Assembly (NCBI GenBank): GCA_951406725.2 | Contig: OX597814.1 | Location: forward strand, 169,632,001-169,696,000 | DNA: 64,000 bases | Source: Octopus vulgaris | Taxonomy: Eukaryota | Reading direction: 5' to 3' | Shown here: positions 1-13,413 of the stretch, piece by piece | Position numbering within the stretch: the first letter of the stretch is position 1 | Layout: every line of letters begins with the position of its first letter | Position numbers and translations under genes: made by a program | The notes under the pieces: model-generated | What the model saw: only the letters and a program-made list of their open reading frames with translations | The model's database searches: none | Told to the model about the DNA's origin: nothing

Positions 1-5
1 CTCTC

Positions 6-36
<31 letters not shown>

Positions 37-2018
37 GTATGTATGTATGTATGTATGTATAAATGTGTAGCAGCATTTTTTTTGTCTTTACCTTCTGAGT
101 TCAAATTCCACCAAGGTCAACTTTACCTTTCATCCTTTAGGGGTTGATGAAATAAGTACCAGTAGATCACTGGGCTCGATGTAATCAACTTACTTCCATC
201 CCCTAAACTGGTGGCCTTGTGCCAAAATTTGAAATCAGAAATAAATAAGAGTAGTGAACTGGCAGTATTGTTAAATCATTAGACAAAAATGACAATCATC
301 ATCACCATTATCATCAATGTCATCATTGTTGTCCCCATCGTAATCGTCCTCCTTCTCCTCCTCCTCCTCCTCCTCACCATCATCATCATCATCACCATAT
401 TCATCATCAGCAGCAGCAGCATTTAATGTCCATGTTCCACGCTGGCATGAGTTGGATGATTTGGCAAGATCCAATGCATCCAAGGACTGCATTGTACTAC
501 AAGTGTCTACTTTGGCCTGGTTCCTATGGCTGGATGCCCTTTCTGATGTCAACCACTTTTCAAAGTGTACTGGGGGTGCTTTTTTACATAGCACCAGTGC
601 AATTCTCATGGTAGGATACAAACCAATGAAACCCTTGGCTAGTTTACCAGTTCCTCATTGACCTAGTTACCTCAGCTTTTCTCCTGTTGACAGTAACAAA
701 AAAAAAAGGGGGAGGGGAAATCAAAGAAAGAAAGAAAACAGCTATAATTTTAGATTTAAAAACTAAATCAAGTAGTTTATACAAAATAATCTCTTTGATC
801 TAAAATTTATTTAAGTATCGTCTGTCACTATGTTTATGTAACTGTGTAGTTTAATCACGTGTCTTGGCTAATCTAAACAAGAGTTTAAATCACAGTTGTA
901 AGTATCAGTCAGAAATCTATTTCTTCCATTCCATTTATAGAATCATTCTGTGAGATAAGAATTTAATTAATATCACAGGTTACCAAACCTCATTGATTAG
1001 AAGTGTCTACATATGTTAGTAGTAGAAATCTGTCATGGTATTAAAAGTATTAGTTTATTGTCAGAAGATTTAAATCCACTGGTGGTGTGTTTTTGTATCC
1101 ATGGGCAGTGTTCTCTCTCTTCTATTGCCTTTATTTTACAACAGCATGTATATGTTAGTGGATTAGTGTTTGTTGCATGTATTTCTTTTTTTTGTTTTTG
1201 TTTTTCTTGGTTAGTCAGAAGGGCAGAGCAGTGCCCATGGTCAACCACAGGATCAGCAAGGCAGGTGGGAGGGATGAAAGCATCCATTAATCCTTTTACT
1301 GCAAAATGAAATATTGTGGTTATTCTAGTAAATATGTTAAATCATCATCATCATCATCATTATCATCATCACCACCACCACCACCACCACCACCACCACC
1401 ACCATCATCATCATTATCATGATGTCAACATCATCGTCATCATCTAACATCTGTCCTTCATGCTGACATAGGTTGAACAGTGTGACAGGAGTTAGTCAGC
1501 TAGAGAACTACTTTGGCTCCATTTGTCCGTTTTGGTATGGTTTCTATGACTGATTACCCTTCCTAACACCAACCACTCCACAGAGTGTACTGGGTGTTTT
1601 TACATGACACCAGCACAGACACTTTTATGCGACACTGATATGGACTGGTATTTTCTCCAAGTGACATTGCTTCATTGAGCTTGGTGTATCCTGACACAAA
1701 ATAGCCTTGAACATGATATTCTTCAGCAAAAGATAGATTGGTATATAAAACTGCTTTTTGCACTAAAGGGCAATGAAATTTTGAGTGGATATATCTTATT
1801 TTCACATTGAAATGGTTAACATTGAGGTGCCTACCAAAGGCACTCAAAAACCGGTGAGGTTTTTAAACCAGACAACAGATTAAACCTACTTCCCATATTG
1901 ACCATGGCTGGCTTTGAACTCACAAAGTCTGATGCTTTAACAATTCACTGTTCTCGACTGGTATGTTAAATATGTTAAATCATTATCATCACCACCACCA
2001 TCATCATCATCGTCATCG

Positions 2019-2050
<32 letters not shown>

Positions 2051-2565
2051 TTCATCTCCTAACATCTGTCCTTCATGCAGACAGGTTGAATAGTGTAACA
2101 GGAGTTATTCAGCAAGAAGACCCTAGAAAAATGAAAAAGACCCCAAACACAAGGAGCCAACCTATATACCACAAGCCTTTTTATCTGATGGTCTAACAAC
2201 TCTGCCGAACCATTTTCATTGATCACCAGAGGCTTTCACATTGACTGAATTGATCTTCATTTAAGTGTAGGGTCTATGACAATGGTTCAAAGTTGTGTTA
2301 TATAGAGAAAGTGAGCAATAATTCAGAGCTGAAAAATAAAGAAAAGGCTTATCTTCAGGATGCAGGGGATCCAGGTTGTATATGTCTCTACCTGTGATAT
2401 ACGGTTTTCCATTTAACATGAAACTTCGTAGTGATGGAATTGTTAGAGCATAGAAAGAGATGTCATGCAATATTTGTTTGCAGCTCTTCACATTCTGAGT
2501 TTTAAATCTCATTTAGAACAACTTTGCTTTTCCTCTCTCCATGAATGGTAACATAAAATTCTAGC

Positions 2566-2598
<33 letters not shown>

Positions 2599-3712
2599 CA
2601 TCATCATCATTCTCATCATCATCATCATCATCATCATCCTCATCATCATCATCATCATCATCCTCATCATCATCATCATCATCACCACTATCGTCATCCT
2701 CTCCTCCTCCTCATCATCGTCACCACCATCATCCGCCTTCTCCTCCTCCTCGTTATTGTCATCATTGTTATTATCATCATCATTGTTGTCATCGTCGTCA
2801 TTGTTATTATCATCATTGTTGTCATCGTCGTCATCCTCATCATCATCATCATCATCATTATATATACACATCATCATCATCATTATATATACACATCATC
2901 ATCATCATTATATATACACATCATCATCATCATTATATATCATCATCATCATCATTATATATACACATCATCATCATCATTATATATACACATCATCATC
3001 ATCATTATATATACACAAACACACACATGGACATGTAACCATAGGAACCATACCAAAGCTGACATAGGAATGTGATGCAGCCCTGTGCTCACTGACAGCA
3101 TGCCAGCATGGAAGAAGGAGGTTAAATGGTGGTGATAATTATGATGACAATGACGATTACGACAACAATAACAATGATGATGACTATGATGATGACAACA
3201 ATAATGATGACGTCAATGACGACGCCGATGATGACAATGATGATGATGACGGTGATAACAATAATGATGATAACGATGACGACAATGATGATGAAGACAA
3301 CAACGATGGCAATGATGACGACAACAATGACAGTGACAATGATGATGACAACAACAATGATGATGATGACAATGATGATGACGATGATGATGATGCTGAC
3401 AAGGATGACAACAATGATGATGATAATAACGATGGCGACGACGATGATGATGACGATGATGGCAGTGACAATGATGAAGATGATGACAACAACAACAATG
3501 ACAACAACAACAATGATGATGACGACGATGACAACAATGATGATAATAACAATGACGACGATGACAACAATGATGATGATAATAACAATGATGACGATGT
3601 TGATGATGACAACAACAATGACAACGATGACGACGATGACAGTGACAATGATGATGAGGATGACAACAACAACAATGATGATGATGATGATGAGAACGAT
3701 GACGACGATGAC
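2566..3712. repeat. (CAT)n / (GAT,GAC,AAC)n cryptic microsatellite field with a ~25-bp CATCAT..TATATACA minisatellite (2860-3015)
   Basis: Direct reading. Other large simple repeats at 3960-4210, 6362-6548, 11100-11420, 18970-19150, 26720-26935, 37270-37510, 43065-43320, 57780-57975, 58620-58805 and 60900-61760. Confidence 0.95.
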
Positions 3713-4669
3713 GATATATTACATTTATAAACACTATAACATGAACTTTTTAATTTACTTATGATAATTTCTGATACAGAATTTTTTTTTTTTTAAATTA
3801 GCATGTATAATTAATGACATAACAACTTAATTTACTTAATCAATCAATAATCTTTAATTGGAAAAGTATTTGAAATTATATCTTAGTTTTATGTGTTTAA
3901 TGGTCTTTTTGTGTCAGTTTTTGTTTAGGTATCATTTTTGTTTTATAATGTATGAAAATGTGTGTGTATGCATGCATGTATGTATATGTGCATGTATGTA
4001 TGTATCTTTGTGCATATGTTTGTGGTTATGTGTGCATGTATGTATGTATGTATGCATTTATGTATGTATGTATGCATGTTTGTATGTATGTATGTATGCA
4101 TGCATGCATGTATGTATGTATGTATGTATGTATGTATGCATGCATGCATGCATACATGTATGCATGCATGCATGTATGTATGTATGTATGTATGTATGTA
4201 TGTATGTATGTGTTTAAAATTTAGCAGCTCTTGTTATATATTTAACAACTTCAGACATTTTCTGTTGTATTGTTTGTATCCTGGTTGTTTCAGAGATATG
4301 TTTATGTTGTTGTTTTTGTATATAGTTTTGCAATAGTTGTTGCTGTTTAACCCCCATGCAGACTTGTAACTAAAGACATTCCAACTGTGACAATCTCAAC
4401 ATTTTTTTGTGAGGTCATAATTATCTAGGACTAAGTTACTATGTTATTTGTATACCCCTGCACTCCTATATTTTTAAATAGTGAGCTGTGATTTGATGAA
4501 AGATTTGGCTACTATTTCTAGCAGAAGAATGACCACATATTGTGTTTGATGCCCTTAACCCAAGGTAAGTCTTCACTGAACTGATCTATGATCAAAAGCA
4601 TTCTAGCTATGACCATCTAACATGCAAGAAAGCCATGCAAGGACACCAAATTTACATTATATTTACATA

Positions 4670-4840
4670 GGCACAGGAGTGGTTGTGTGGTAAGTAGCTT
4701 GCTTACCGACCACATGGTTCCGGGTTCAGTCCCACTGCATGACACCTTGGGCAAGTGTCTTCTACTATAGGCTCGGGCCGACCAAAGCCTTGTGAGTGGA
4801 TTTAGTAGACGGAAACTGAAAGAAGCCCGTCGTATATATG

Positions 4841-4921
<81 letters not shown>

Positions 4922-5144
4922 TTGTGTGTGTGTGTTTGTGTGTCTGTGTTTGTCCCCCAACATCACTTGACAACCAATGCTGGTGTGTTTGCGTCCCCAT
5001 AACTTAGTGGTTCGGCAAAAGAGACCGATAGAATAAGTACTAGGCTTACAAACAATAAGTCCTGGGGTCGATTTGCTCGATAAAAGGCGGTGCTCCAGCA
5101 TGGCCACAGTCAAATGACTGAAACAGGTAAAAGAGTAAAGAGAG
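4670..5144 (+). mobile_element. tRNA-derived SINE family A (internal microsatellite, TAAAAGAG tail)
   Basis: A-box-like TGGCTGTGTGG, B-box-like GGTTCAGTCCC, CORE-like CCTTGGGCAAGT, central (TA)n(TG)n. Highly similar copies recur in the window. Confidence 0.9.
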
Positions 5145-5784
5145 TATATAAGTGCCACTTTTTAAAACAGCAGTAAATGGCAGAATGTGATTTAATGGAG
5201 ATTTAGTTTCTGTTTTTAGCATATCAAGTGACCACATAGAAGACCCTACAGTTGTTTGTGGTAGTTTGATTGTTTGTTTGTTTATTGGTCGGTTGGTTGG
5301 CTGGTTTGTTGGTGCATCACAGTTATTTTCACAGCTTGCTGTCCTTTCTGCTTCCCTTTTACTATTATTCATTTGTGAATGATTTTTCCCATTGATACAT
5401 CGACTATAGAATAAAGTGAATTATGACATTATCGATATCATATTATTGATATGACATGATATAGTCTGATATTCACAGATGAATTATGATGGCATAACCG
5501 TGATATAATATATGATACAAAAAATTTTACCCTGTACACAGTGGATTGGGAAAGGAATCTATTGAAACACAGCAGGCTGTGTATCAGATTTTTGTGTGTA
5601 TGTTTTCAATATACGACAATTTTATGGTTATTCAACTTGTCTTATCGTTATCAGATACTTTTGCTGATTAACTGTATGCAATTCTATGAGTCAAGTGTAC
5701 ATACATACATACATACAAACAAACATACACACATGCATAAAAACATACATAAATACATACATACATACATACATACATACATAC

Positions 5785-6085
5785 ATTATTATTATTATTA
5801 TGGCTGCCCCCTCGTTATCGAGTATGGCCATTGTACGAAGCTTAACTGCTACTGGTGCTGTGATCGAATGTGACTTTTTAGCCCAGCTAAAGATCTACAA
5901 TGTCTTGTACAGAATTGGCAACTAAAACCTTTACCAGTAACAGCCGGCTGTAGTTGTAACTGGGCTTCATGTACCTTTGCATGTCGTTTAAGTCCTCCTG
6001 CCGAATTACACTCTCTTCCACATGCCCGACAGATATGATTACTATGGTGTGTTACACCACCACAAGTGGCCAGGTTGTCATTCAT
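5785..6085 (-). mobile_element. RTE-like LINE 3' end with two C2H2 zinc fingers and (AAT)n tail
   Basis: ORF 5849-6085 contains CRACGRECNSAGGLKRHAKVH and CQFCTRHCRSLAGLKSHIRSQH, then a short UTR with hairpin CTCG-ATAA-CGAG and (AAT)n. CxxCxRxCxSxxGLxSH is the usual RTE ORF2 terminus. Confidence 0.7.
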
Positions 6086-6416
6086 ACATACATATATACA
6101 TACAAGAATACTGAGAACTTTGGCATTACATCATGCTTGTGAAGAAGACCCATCAAACCAAGCAAAATTGCAGTTGTAGCAGATACTGGTGTCACGCAAA
6201 TGCCACCCATGCCAGTGGCACATAAAAGTGCTCGCTTCACTCCCAGAGTGGTTGGCATTAGGAAGGGCATTCAACTGTAGAAAACCATGCCAAATCAGCC
6301 TTCCAGTTTACCAGACCTGGTCAAACTATCTAACCTATGCTAGCATGGACAACGGACGTTAAATGATGATGATAATGATGATGATGATGATGATAATGAT
6401 GATGATGATGATGATA

Positions 6417-6482
<66 letters not shown>

Positions 6483-6510
6483 GTGATGACGACGATGATG
6501 ATGACGATGT

Positions 6511-6547
<37 letters not shown>

Positions 6548-6549
<2 letters not shown>

Positions 6550-6660
6550 GTTTCAATGTTTGTGTCTTTTTTTATGATTAAGATGTCAAGAAATGGGAGT
6601 TGGTCTTGACTATATTCCCTTGTGAATTGGATATGCTTACTGATGCTGTTAATTAGGCAA
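6548..6660 (-). pseudogene. Penelope-like RT fragment
   Basis: LINSISKHIQFTREYSQDQLPFLDILIIKKDTNIET (IxFTxE...LPFLD motif), lying between microsatellites. Confidence 0.7.
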
Positions 6661-6949
6661 CACACACACACACACACACACATACACATGCACATACATG
6701 CACACATACACACACAGCACCCTGACAAATATAACACACACATACACATGCATACACATGTACACACATACACACACCACCCTGATAAATATAACACACA
6801 TATACACAGGCATATACATGCATGCATACACACATATACACACACACACCGCCCTGACAACCACAACACACATACACATGTACACACACATGCACACACG
6901 TACACACACACACATGTACACACACAGAAATGGAACACCCATATATATT

Positions 6950-6981
<32 letters not shown>

Positions 6982-7857
6982 GACACACATGTACACACAC
7001 AGAAATGGAACACCCAATTATATGCACACACACATGCACACACACGTGCACATAACCCCCCCACTCCCCAATATCCACATTTCCCAGCAAGAAACACACA
7101 CCCATACATACACACATACTCTTACATGCAAATACACACTATTCTTTACTTATAAGTCATACATATAAACGCATTCAAAACCTTTTTATCAATCATCAAC
7201 TACACTGTGACCTGTGACCATCAGCCACCCCACTATTTTTACACCTGAAAACGATTACTGGATGACATTGGCACTTAAGGGATATATCATTAACATTTAT
7301 CATTCTGGGATAAAAGGAAGATTTTATACAGAAGAGTTGCAACAATAATTTATAATTTCATTCTGAATAATTCGTAAGGAATTTCTGTTATTTTTTCTTT
7401 CTTCCTTATAGTTGTCCATTACTACACCTTCCATTTTAAAAATTTCGGCCTTCTTGAAGATGTAAAATTTTTGAAGGTCTTTTTAAATAAGTGAAACTAG
7501 TTAATAAATACTTTTAAAAGACTCCTGCATTTATATCCTTTACCTTATATTTTTACTTATGCAGTAATCCCCAATTTTATTTTGTTATATATAAATATTA
7601 TATAACAAATGCAGTATATGTATTTATGTGCTACTATTATTTTCATGTTCTGAGACCATGCCAAATAGTGTTTTTTAACAAGTCTGGTGTCCTAACACAA
7701 TCATCAGACCAAAATTATTTTCGTTGATCTTACTCTCAGAAAATAGTACACCAAGTATATATTTATATATAAATGATGATGATGATGTTCCACCCATACC
7801 AGCAAGGACGGAGGATGTTAAACGAGGATGATGATGATATGTATGTATATGTGTATT

Positions 7858-8200
7858 CTGCCAGCCTCGTCTGGCACCTGTGTCGGTGGCACATAAAAAA
7901 CACCATCCGAGCGTGGCCGTCTGCCAGCCTCGTCTGGCACCTGTGTCGGTGGCACATAAAAAACACCATCCGAGCGTGGCCGTCTGCCAGCCTCGTCTGG
8001 CACCTGTGTCGGTGGCACATAAAATCACCCACTACACTCTCGGAGTGGTTGGCGTTAGGAAGGGCATCCAGCTGTAGAAACACTGCCACATCTGACTGGC
8101 CTGGTGCAGCCTTCGGGCTTCCCAGACCCCAGTTGAACCGTCCAACCCATGCTAGCATGGAAAGCGGACGTTAAACGATGATGATGATGATGATGATGAT
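7858..8200 (+). mobile_element. RTE 3'-UTR copy with three near-identical 63-bp modules
   Basis: Units start at 7858, 7921 and 7984. They are followed by CACTCTCGGAGTGGTTGGCGTTAGGAAGGGCATCCAGC...CCATGCTAGCATGGAAAGCGGACGTTAAAC(GAT)n. Confidence 0.9.
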
Positions 8201-8221
8201 ATATGTGTGTGTGTGTGTGTG

Positions 8222-8266
<45 letters not shown>

Positions 8267-8719
8267 GTGTGTGTGTGTTGTATATATATATATATATTCT
8301 TTTAATCTTCTACTTATTTCAGTCACTTGACTGTGACCATACTGGAGCACTGCCTGGAGTAAAACATAAGGACAGACAAAATTCCTCTCAGCATTTTGCC
8401 AGGCATGCTAGCGATTCTTGAAATCCACTTACAAGGCTTTGGTTGGCCGTGAAACATTTGTAGAAGACACTTGGCTAAGTTACCACACAATGGAACCGAA
8501 TCTGAAACCATGAAGTTGGGAAACAAATTCCTTACCACACAGCCATGCCTGTGCCTATGCAACCATGGGAAAAGTGGACATTAAAACAATAATTTATAAT
8601 TTCATTCTGAATAATCTATAAGGAATTTCTGTTGTTATTTTTTCTTTCTTCCTTACAGTTGTCAGTTACTACACCTTCCATTTTAAAAATGTACATCTTC
8701 TTGAAGTTGTAAAACTTTT

Positions 8720-9330
8720 TTGTTTCAATCACATTTTGTTCATGCTTTGTATCTCTTTGTATTAGTTTACCTCCATTCTTTACTGTATACTTTTGTAAGT
8801 CTTACTATAGATATTTTGAAATATTTTCCTAATTGCAAGTGGCTCCTGTGTCTTTGTGTTCATGACAAATATAATCTTTCTGTGTTGACTTTTGGGTGGT
8901 ATATCTTAAATGAGGTCATTACTTTTTCTTGTTTTCCTATCTTGTCTTGCTAATTCACTTAGCTTTCGGTAATAACTGCAAATTATTACTGGAACTGCTA
9001 GGATATTTATTACATTATTTTTGGCATTCAGCTCTGTTTAATCATCTGTAATATTCCTTCCTATCATTTGCTTTCTTTTGAGTGTATTGTAATTGTCAAT
9101 TTCATTTATTTCAGTGAACTTGTAAGTCTATATTTGGGCTTAATTCTTTTATCTGTGTTCCTTTATCTTGCAAAATATTACACATTTATATTAATATTTT
9201 TTTCTCTTCAAGATGTCTTGACATATTTTTACAAAGTGAATTTTATGGTAATTTCCTCTCTCAAAGAACTCCTTTTGTCTATGAAACCAGGGTATGCTTT
9301 TGTTTGTAATTTCCAGCATACAACTTGAGA
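8720..9330 (-). pseudogene. R4/Dong-type RT C-terminal region, decayed
   Basis: INILAVPVI...QDRKTRKVMTSFKIYHPKVNTERLYLS (compare LDRKTRKxMT...HPKADxxRLYL). Confidence 0.7.
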
Positions 9331-11203
9331 GCATCAAGATTGAGGCGGTAGTTGATCATAACCTTTGAACATTTAGAGATAGAAAGGAACAGAGTGAAGG
9401 TGTCTCCTTGCAGCATTCTCATTCAGTTAGGGAGTGGTTGAATTTTAACAATTGTTTCACATATTTACATCCTTCTCTTTTATCTTTTATTTGTTTCAGT
9501 CGTTGAACTGGGTCCATTCTGGGGCACCACCTTCAAGGCCTGAAATTTTTGTGAAGGTAAGATCCAGTCAATTACGTCAACCCCAGTATTCAGCTGGTAC
9601 TTATTTTATTGACCTCAAAAGGATGAAAGGTAAAGGTCACCTCAGTGGAATTTTAACCAGAAATTTATATCTTTGTCTTTCCCACTGAATTGGCAGCTGA
9701 GGTTAGTTTTGCCTTTCATCCTTTTAAGGTTGATAAAATAGTACCAATTCAAGGCAGTGGACTGACAGAACTATAGGAACATTAAAATAGATGACTTGTG
9801 GTATTTGTTACATCTCTTTAACTTCTGAGTTCAAATCCAATCATGGCCTACTTAAGTGATAGACATAATCCATTGCATGGTTACTTTAGTGGAATTCATT
9901 AGGAAGACAGTGCTGGATTTAAACATTAAGCAATATAAGCAAGTACTCTGGGTGCCAAGGGAAAGGGGACACCACAGAAAAGGTAAATGGTTTATAGCAC
10001 AGAAAGAAATCACTTTAGACTTGTTAAAATAATATACAAAGTCACTGGAAATATAATTTCAAAGTGTTCATGGTGTCATATCAGGATCTGATCAAAGACT
10101 TTACAATTAAAAAGGTAGAAAACTTTTCAAATATAAATAAAGTAGAAGTACACAAAATAAATATTATTTTCCATCTTACTGTGAGTTTTACTTCATGTTG
10201 AAAAATAAAAATTTATTTGTAAAGAATAAAAAGTTTTGAATGGTACAACAATGCACTATAATACAGACAATGGGTTATATACCTGTTGTAATTTAGTCAT
10301 CCATAGTCTGATATGATATTTTGGAATGATATTCCTTCTCCAGATATTCTTAGATGGAGTCGCTGCTATAATCGGTTTTCTAATGGCTTTTGGAAGTGTC
10401 TCAGCAGTGGTCTCACGATGCTCTTTCCAGAATTCCTCATGAGAAGTGTGTGAGGTCAGCCATGTCTCAATCTCGTGTGAGCTGGTACATCCGTAGCGCT
10501 GCTTCCAAGTTACATATTATACGTGCAGCCTCCTTTTTTTCCTTTCTTTTTTTTTATGGTCATTTTATGGTTTATTGTTGTTTATATTTTTAATTACATA
10601 TATACGAGGGCACCAAAATCATTTAAGTGCTTAGGGCCTCTATGGGTCTTAAACCAGGATTTTTGGTTTGAAGATGCCTTCCTCTTTCCCTCCCACCAAT
10701 CAAGGGTCTCTTTAAAGGATCAGGGACTTCACTTCATAGACTTCACATCATGGACTTCACTTCTAAAAAAATTTTTTAATCCAATTTTCTGACTTAATTC
10801 TTGGACTATTGTTATTTTTCTTGGAGTTGTTCTTCTGTAGTTCTTGCTTGTTTTAACATTTTCACCAATATTGTTCGTAATTCTTCCTCCAAGTTTCTCA
10901 TGTCTTTTGCTGTTTTTGCTACATTTACTTCTATTCTGTTCTTTGGTTTTGGTAAAAATCACATGAGGCTGAAGAGGAACTGTTCGTTTTGTTCAAGGAA
11001 ATATGCCTTTTAATATAACAATAAATTTATTGAGATTTAACAAAGATCTCTTGTATTCTTTGAGTTTGCGTACATCTTTTTGTTACTTTAATGTGTATAC
11101 ATACATTCTGTGTATACATACATACATACATACATACATACATACATACATACATACATACATACATACATACAGTACATACATACATGCATACATACAT
11201 ACA

Positions 11204-11237
<34 letters not shown>

Positions 11238-12334
11238 CATACATACATAAGTACATACATAAATACATACATGCATACATGCATGCATGCACACATACAT
11301 ACATACATACATACATACATACATACATACATACATACATACATAAATATGTACATTGATATATATGTATGTATATGTGCATATCTATAAATACACACGT
11401 ACTTACACACACACACACACACATAGCTATATACATGTGGGTGTGGGTGTGTCTTTTTGTGTGTGTGTGTGTGTGTGTTAGTTGCTTTTAATTTTGTTTT
11501 ATACTGTACACATTCTTTGTGTTTCTGTTACTGATTTCATTAAAGTCTGGGAGATTTTAAACAGAAATGCCTTTTATTTTCTATTTTGTTATATATGTCT
11601 GTTTACTCACATTGCTTTTTTTGTATGAGTTCAGATGTTTCTAATATAAGATATTCTGAAGAAGTGCCTGCTTTCCTTTGTGATTGCTTTGGCTTCTCTA
11701 AAGATTATTTGATTTGTTAAAGTGATATTGATGCACACATTCGCTTTCAGTATGAACAAAAAGAAACCTAATTAATTAATAATATTTATATGGCAAAACA
11801 AAAACATTAGCTCAATAACTAATATTAATTTCCATAACTACATTAAATGTAATGGCCCCACTTGTCTGTTATTTCTCATACAAATGGCTTCCCTGGACAG
11901 TTCCCCTATGTCATTATGTTTCTAGTATTTTTGTGATAGCCTAGTTTGCATTTTATTTTTAACCCTTTAACTGTGAAATTAAATTTCATGATTATGCCAA
12001 TAATGATGTTAAATGTTTACTGAAAAATACAAGTGGTATTTTCTACAAGTCACTTTGCTTCAATAAACTCAACATATCTCAATAAAAAGAAAAAAATAGT
12101 TTCAAACATGATATTACCTGGTGGGGTGGGGGGTAATACTTCAAACCGGAGTCCTAAACTGAATGCTTGAAATAGAATGAACTCCACTATAGATACCCAA
12201 TATTTCCAGGGGATGGCATTAACCCTGGTGACAGTTTAAGTTATTCATTCAAGTATTCCAAGGCAAGATATCAACAAAGATATCAAACTTAAGTAGATTT
12301 ATGGATACCTATATATATATACACATACAGACAC

Positions 12335-12495
12335 TGGCTGTGTGGTAAGTAGCTTGCTTACCAGCCACATGGTTCCGGGTTCAGTCCCACTGCGTGGCAT
12401 CTTGGGCAAGTGTCTTCTGCTATAGCCCTGGGCCAACCAATGCCTTGTGAGTGGATTTAATTGACAGAAACTGAAAGAAGCCTGTCGTATATATG

Positions 12496-12530
<35 letters not shown>

Positions 12531-12737
12531 ATATGTTTGTGTGTCTGTGTTTGTCCCCCTAGCATTGCTTGACAACTGATGCTGGTGTGTTTACATCCCC
12601 GTCACTTAGCGGTTCAGCAAAAGAGACCAATAGAATAAGTACTGGGCTTACAAAGAATAAGTCCCGGGGTCAATTTGCTCGACTAAAGGTGGTGCTCCAG
12701 CATGGCTGCAGTCAAATGACTGAAACAAGTAAAAGAG
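12335..12737 (+). mobile_element. SINE family A copy
   Basis: Colinear with 4670-5144. Confidence 0.9.
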
Positions 12738-12752
12738 TATATATACATGAAG

Positions 12753-13413
12753 ACGAGGGGAAGTCAAAAATTATCTGCACTTTCACCATAACATATCTTT
12801 ATTGTTGCCACACTGCCTTCGGCGCAAATGTGCTTATAGTTGGTACTATTGTGGTCATGTGATTGAAGTTTGAGCCTGATTGTGCCATTTTTCTTTCTGT
12901 CTTTACAGTATAAGCATGGCCACTCCACTAGCAATGTGCATCAAAGAAGAACAAAGAGCAATGATCTGAGAGATGTTAATAGTGAACAGGTTCACCATTA
13001 CCATCTCTCAAGCTTGCTGAATCTTCTCATCAGTAGTGGAGGTTGACACAGCATCCTGCTCCCACTTCATGCATCATGCTTGTCTGGCCCCTTTTAAACT
13101 TCTTGATCCACACATACACACTTCTATGTGATTGTGCACTGTCCCCTTATTGTACCAAAAGCCTCTGATGAATTTCAACACCTGACACACCTTCGAACTA
13201 GTGAAATCAGATCAATGCTCCTTGTTCTTATTTGGTGCACATTGCTAGTGGAATGGCCATGCTCACACTGTAAAGCCAAAAAGGAAAATGGTGTGATCAG
13301 GCTTCACATGACCACAATAGTACTAAGTATAAGCACACATGTGCAGAAGGGTGTGGGACGATAATAAAGATATGTCATAACAAAAGTGTGGATAATTTTT
13401 GACTTCGACTCAT
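12753..13413. mobile_element. Fold-back mariner-derived MITE made of two 5' ends
   Basis: TIR ACGAGGGGAAGTCAAAAATTATC / GATAATTTTTGACTTCGACTCAT. Both arms continue into the transposase start (MATPLAMCIKEEQRAMI on +, MAIPLAMCTK*EQGALI on -). The symmetry centre is at ~12988. Confidence 0.85.

Noticed and set aside
2261-2512. 83-aa minus-strand ORF as a host exon
   Set aside because: Its 5' part overlaps a degenerate SINE-B-like sequence, and there is no domain or consistent splice pair.
3126-3764. 212-aa Met/Thr-rich ORF and the many poly-H, poly-M, YI, CV and HT ORFs in the track
   Set aside because: These are translations of microsatellites, open in several frames and on both strands.
7858-7920. 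HDV-like ribozyme (CCAGCCTCGTCTGGC resembles the HDV P3/L3 region)
   Set aside because: No P1 partner strand or P1.1/P4/J4-2 arrangement could be built, and the loop sequence is not conserved between modules.
7858-8030. CRISPR-like array of regularly spaced repeats
   Set aside because: The units are contiguous and near-identical, with no unique spacers and no cas genes. They belong to the RTE 3' UTR in a eukaryotic context.
10700-11080. A-rich coding-like minus strand (also 17100-17690)
   Set aside because: Probably decayed retroelement ORFs, but no diagnostic motif could be identified.
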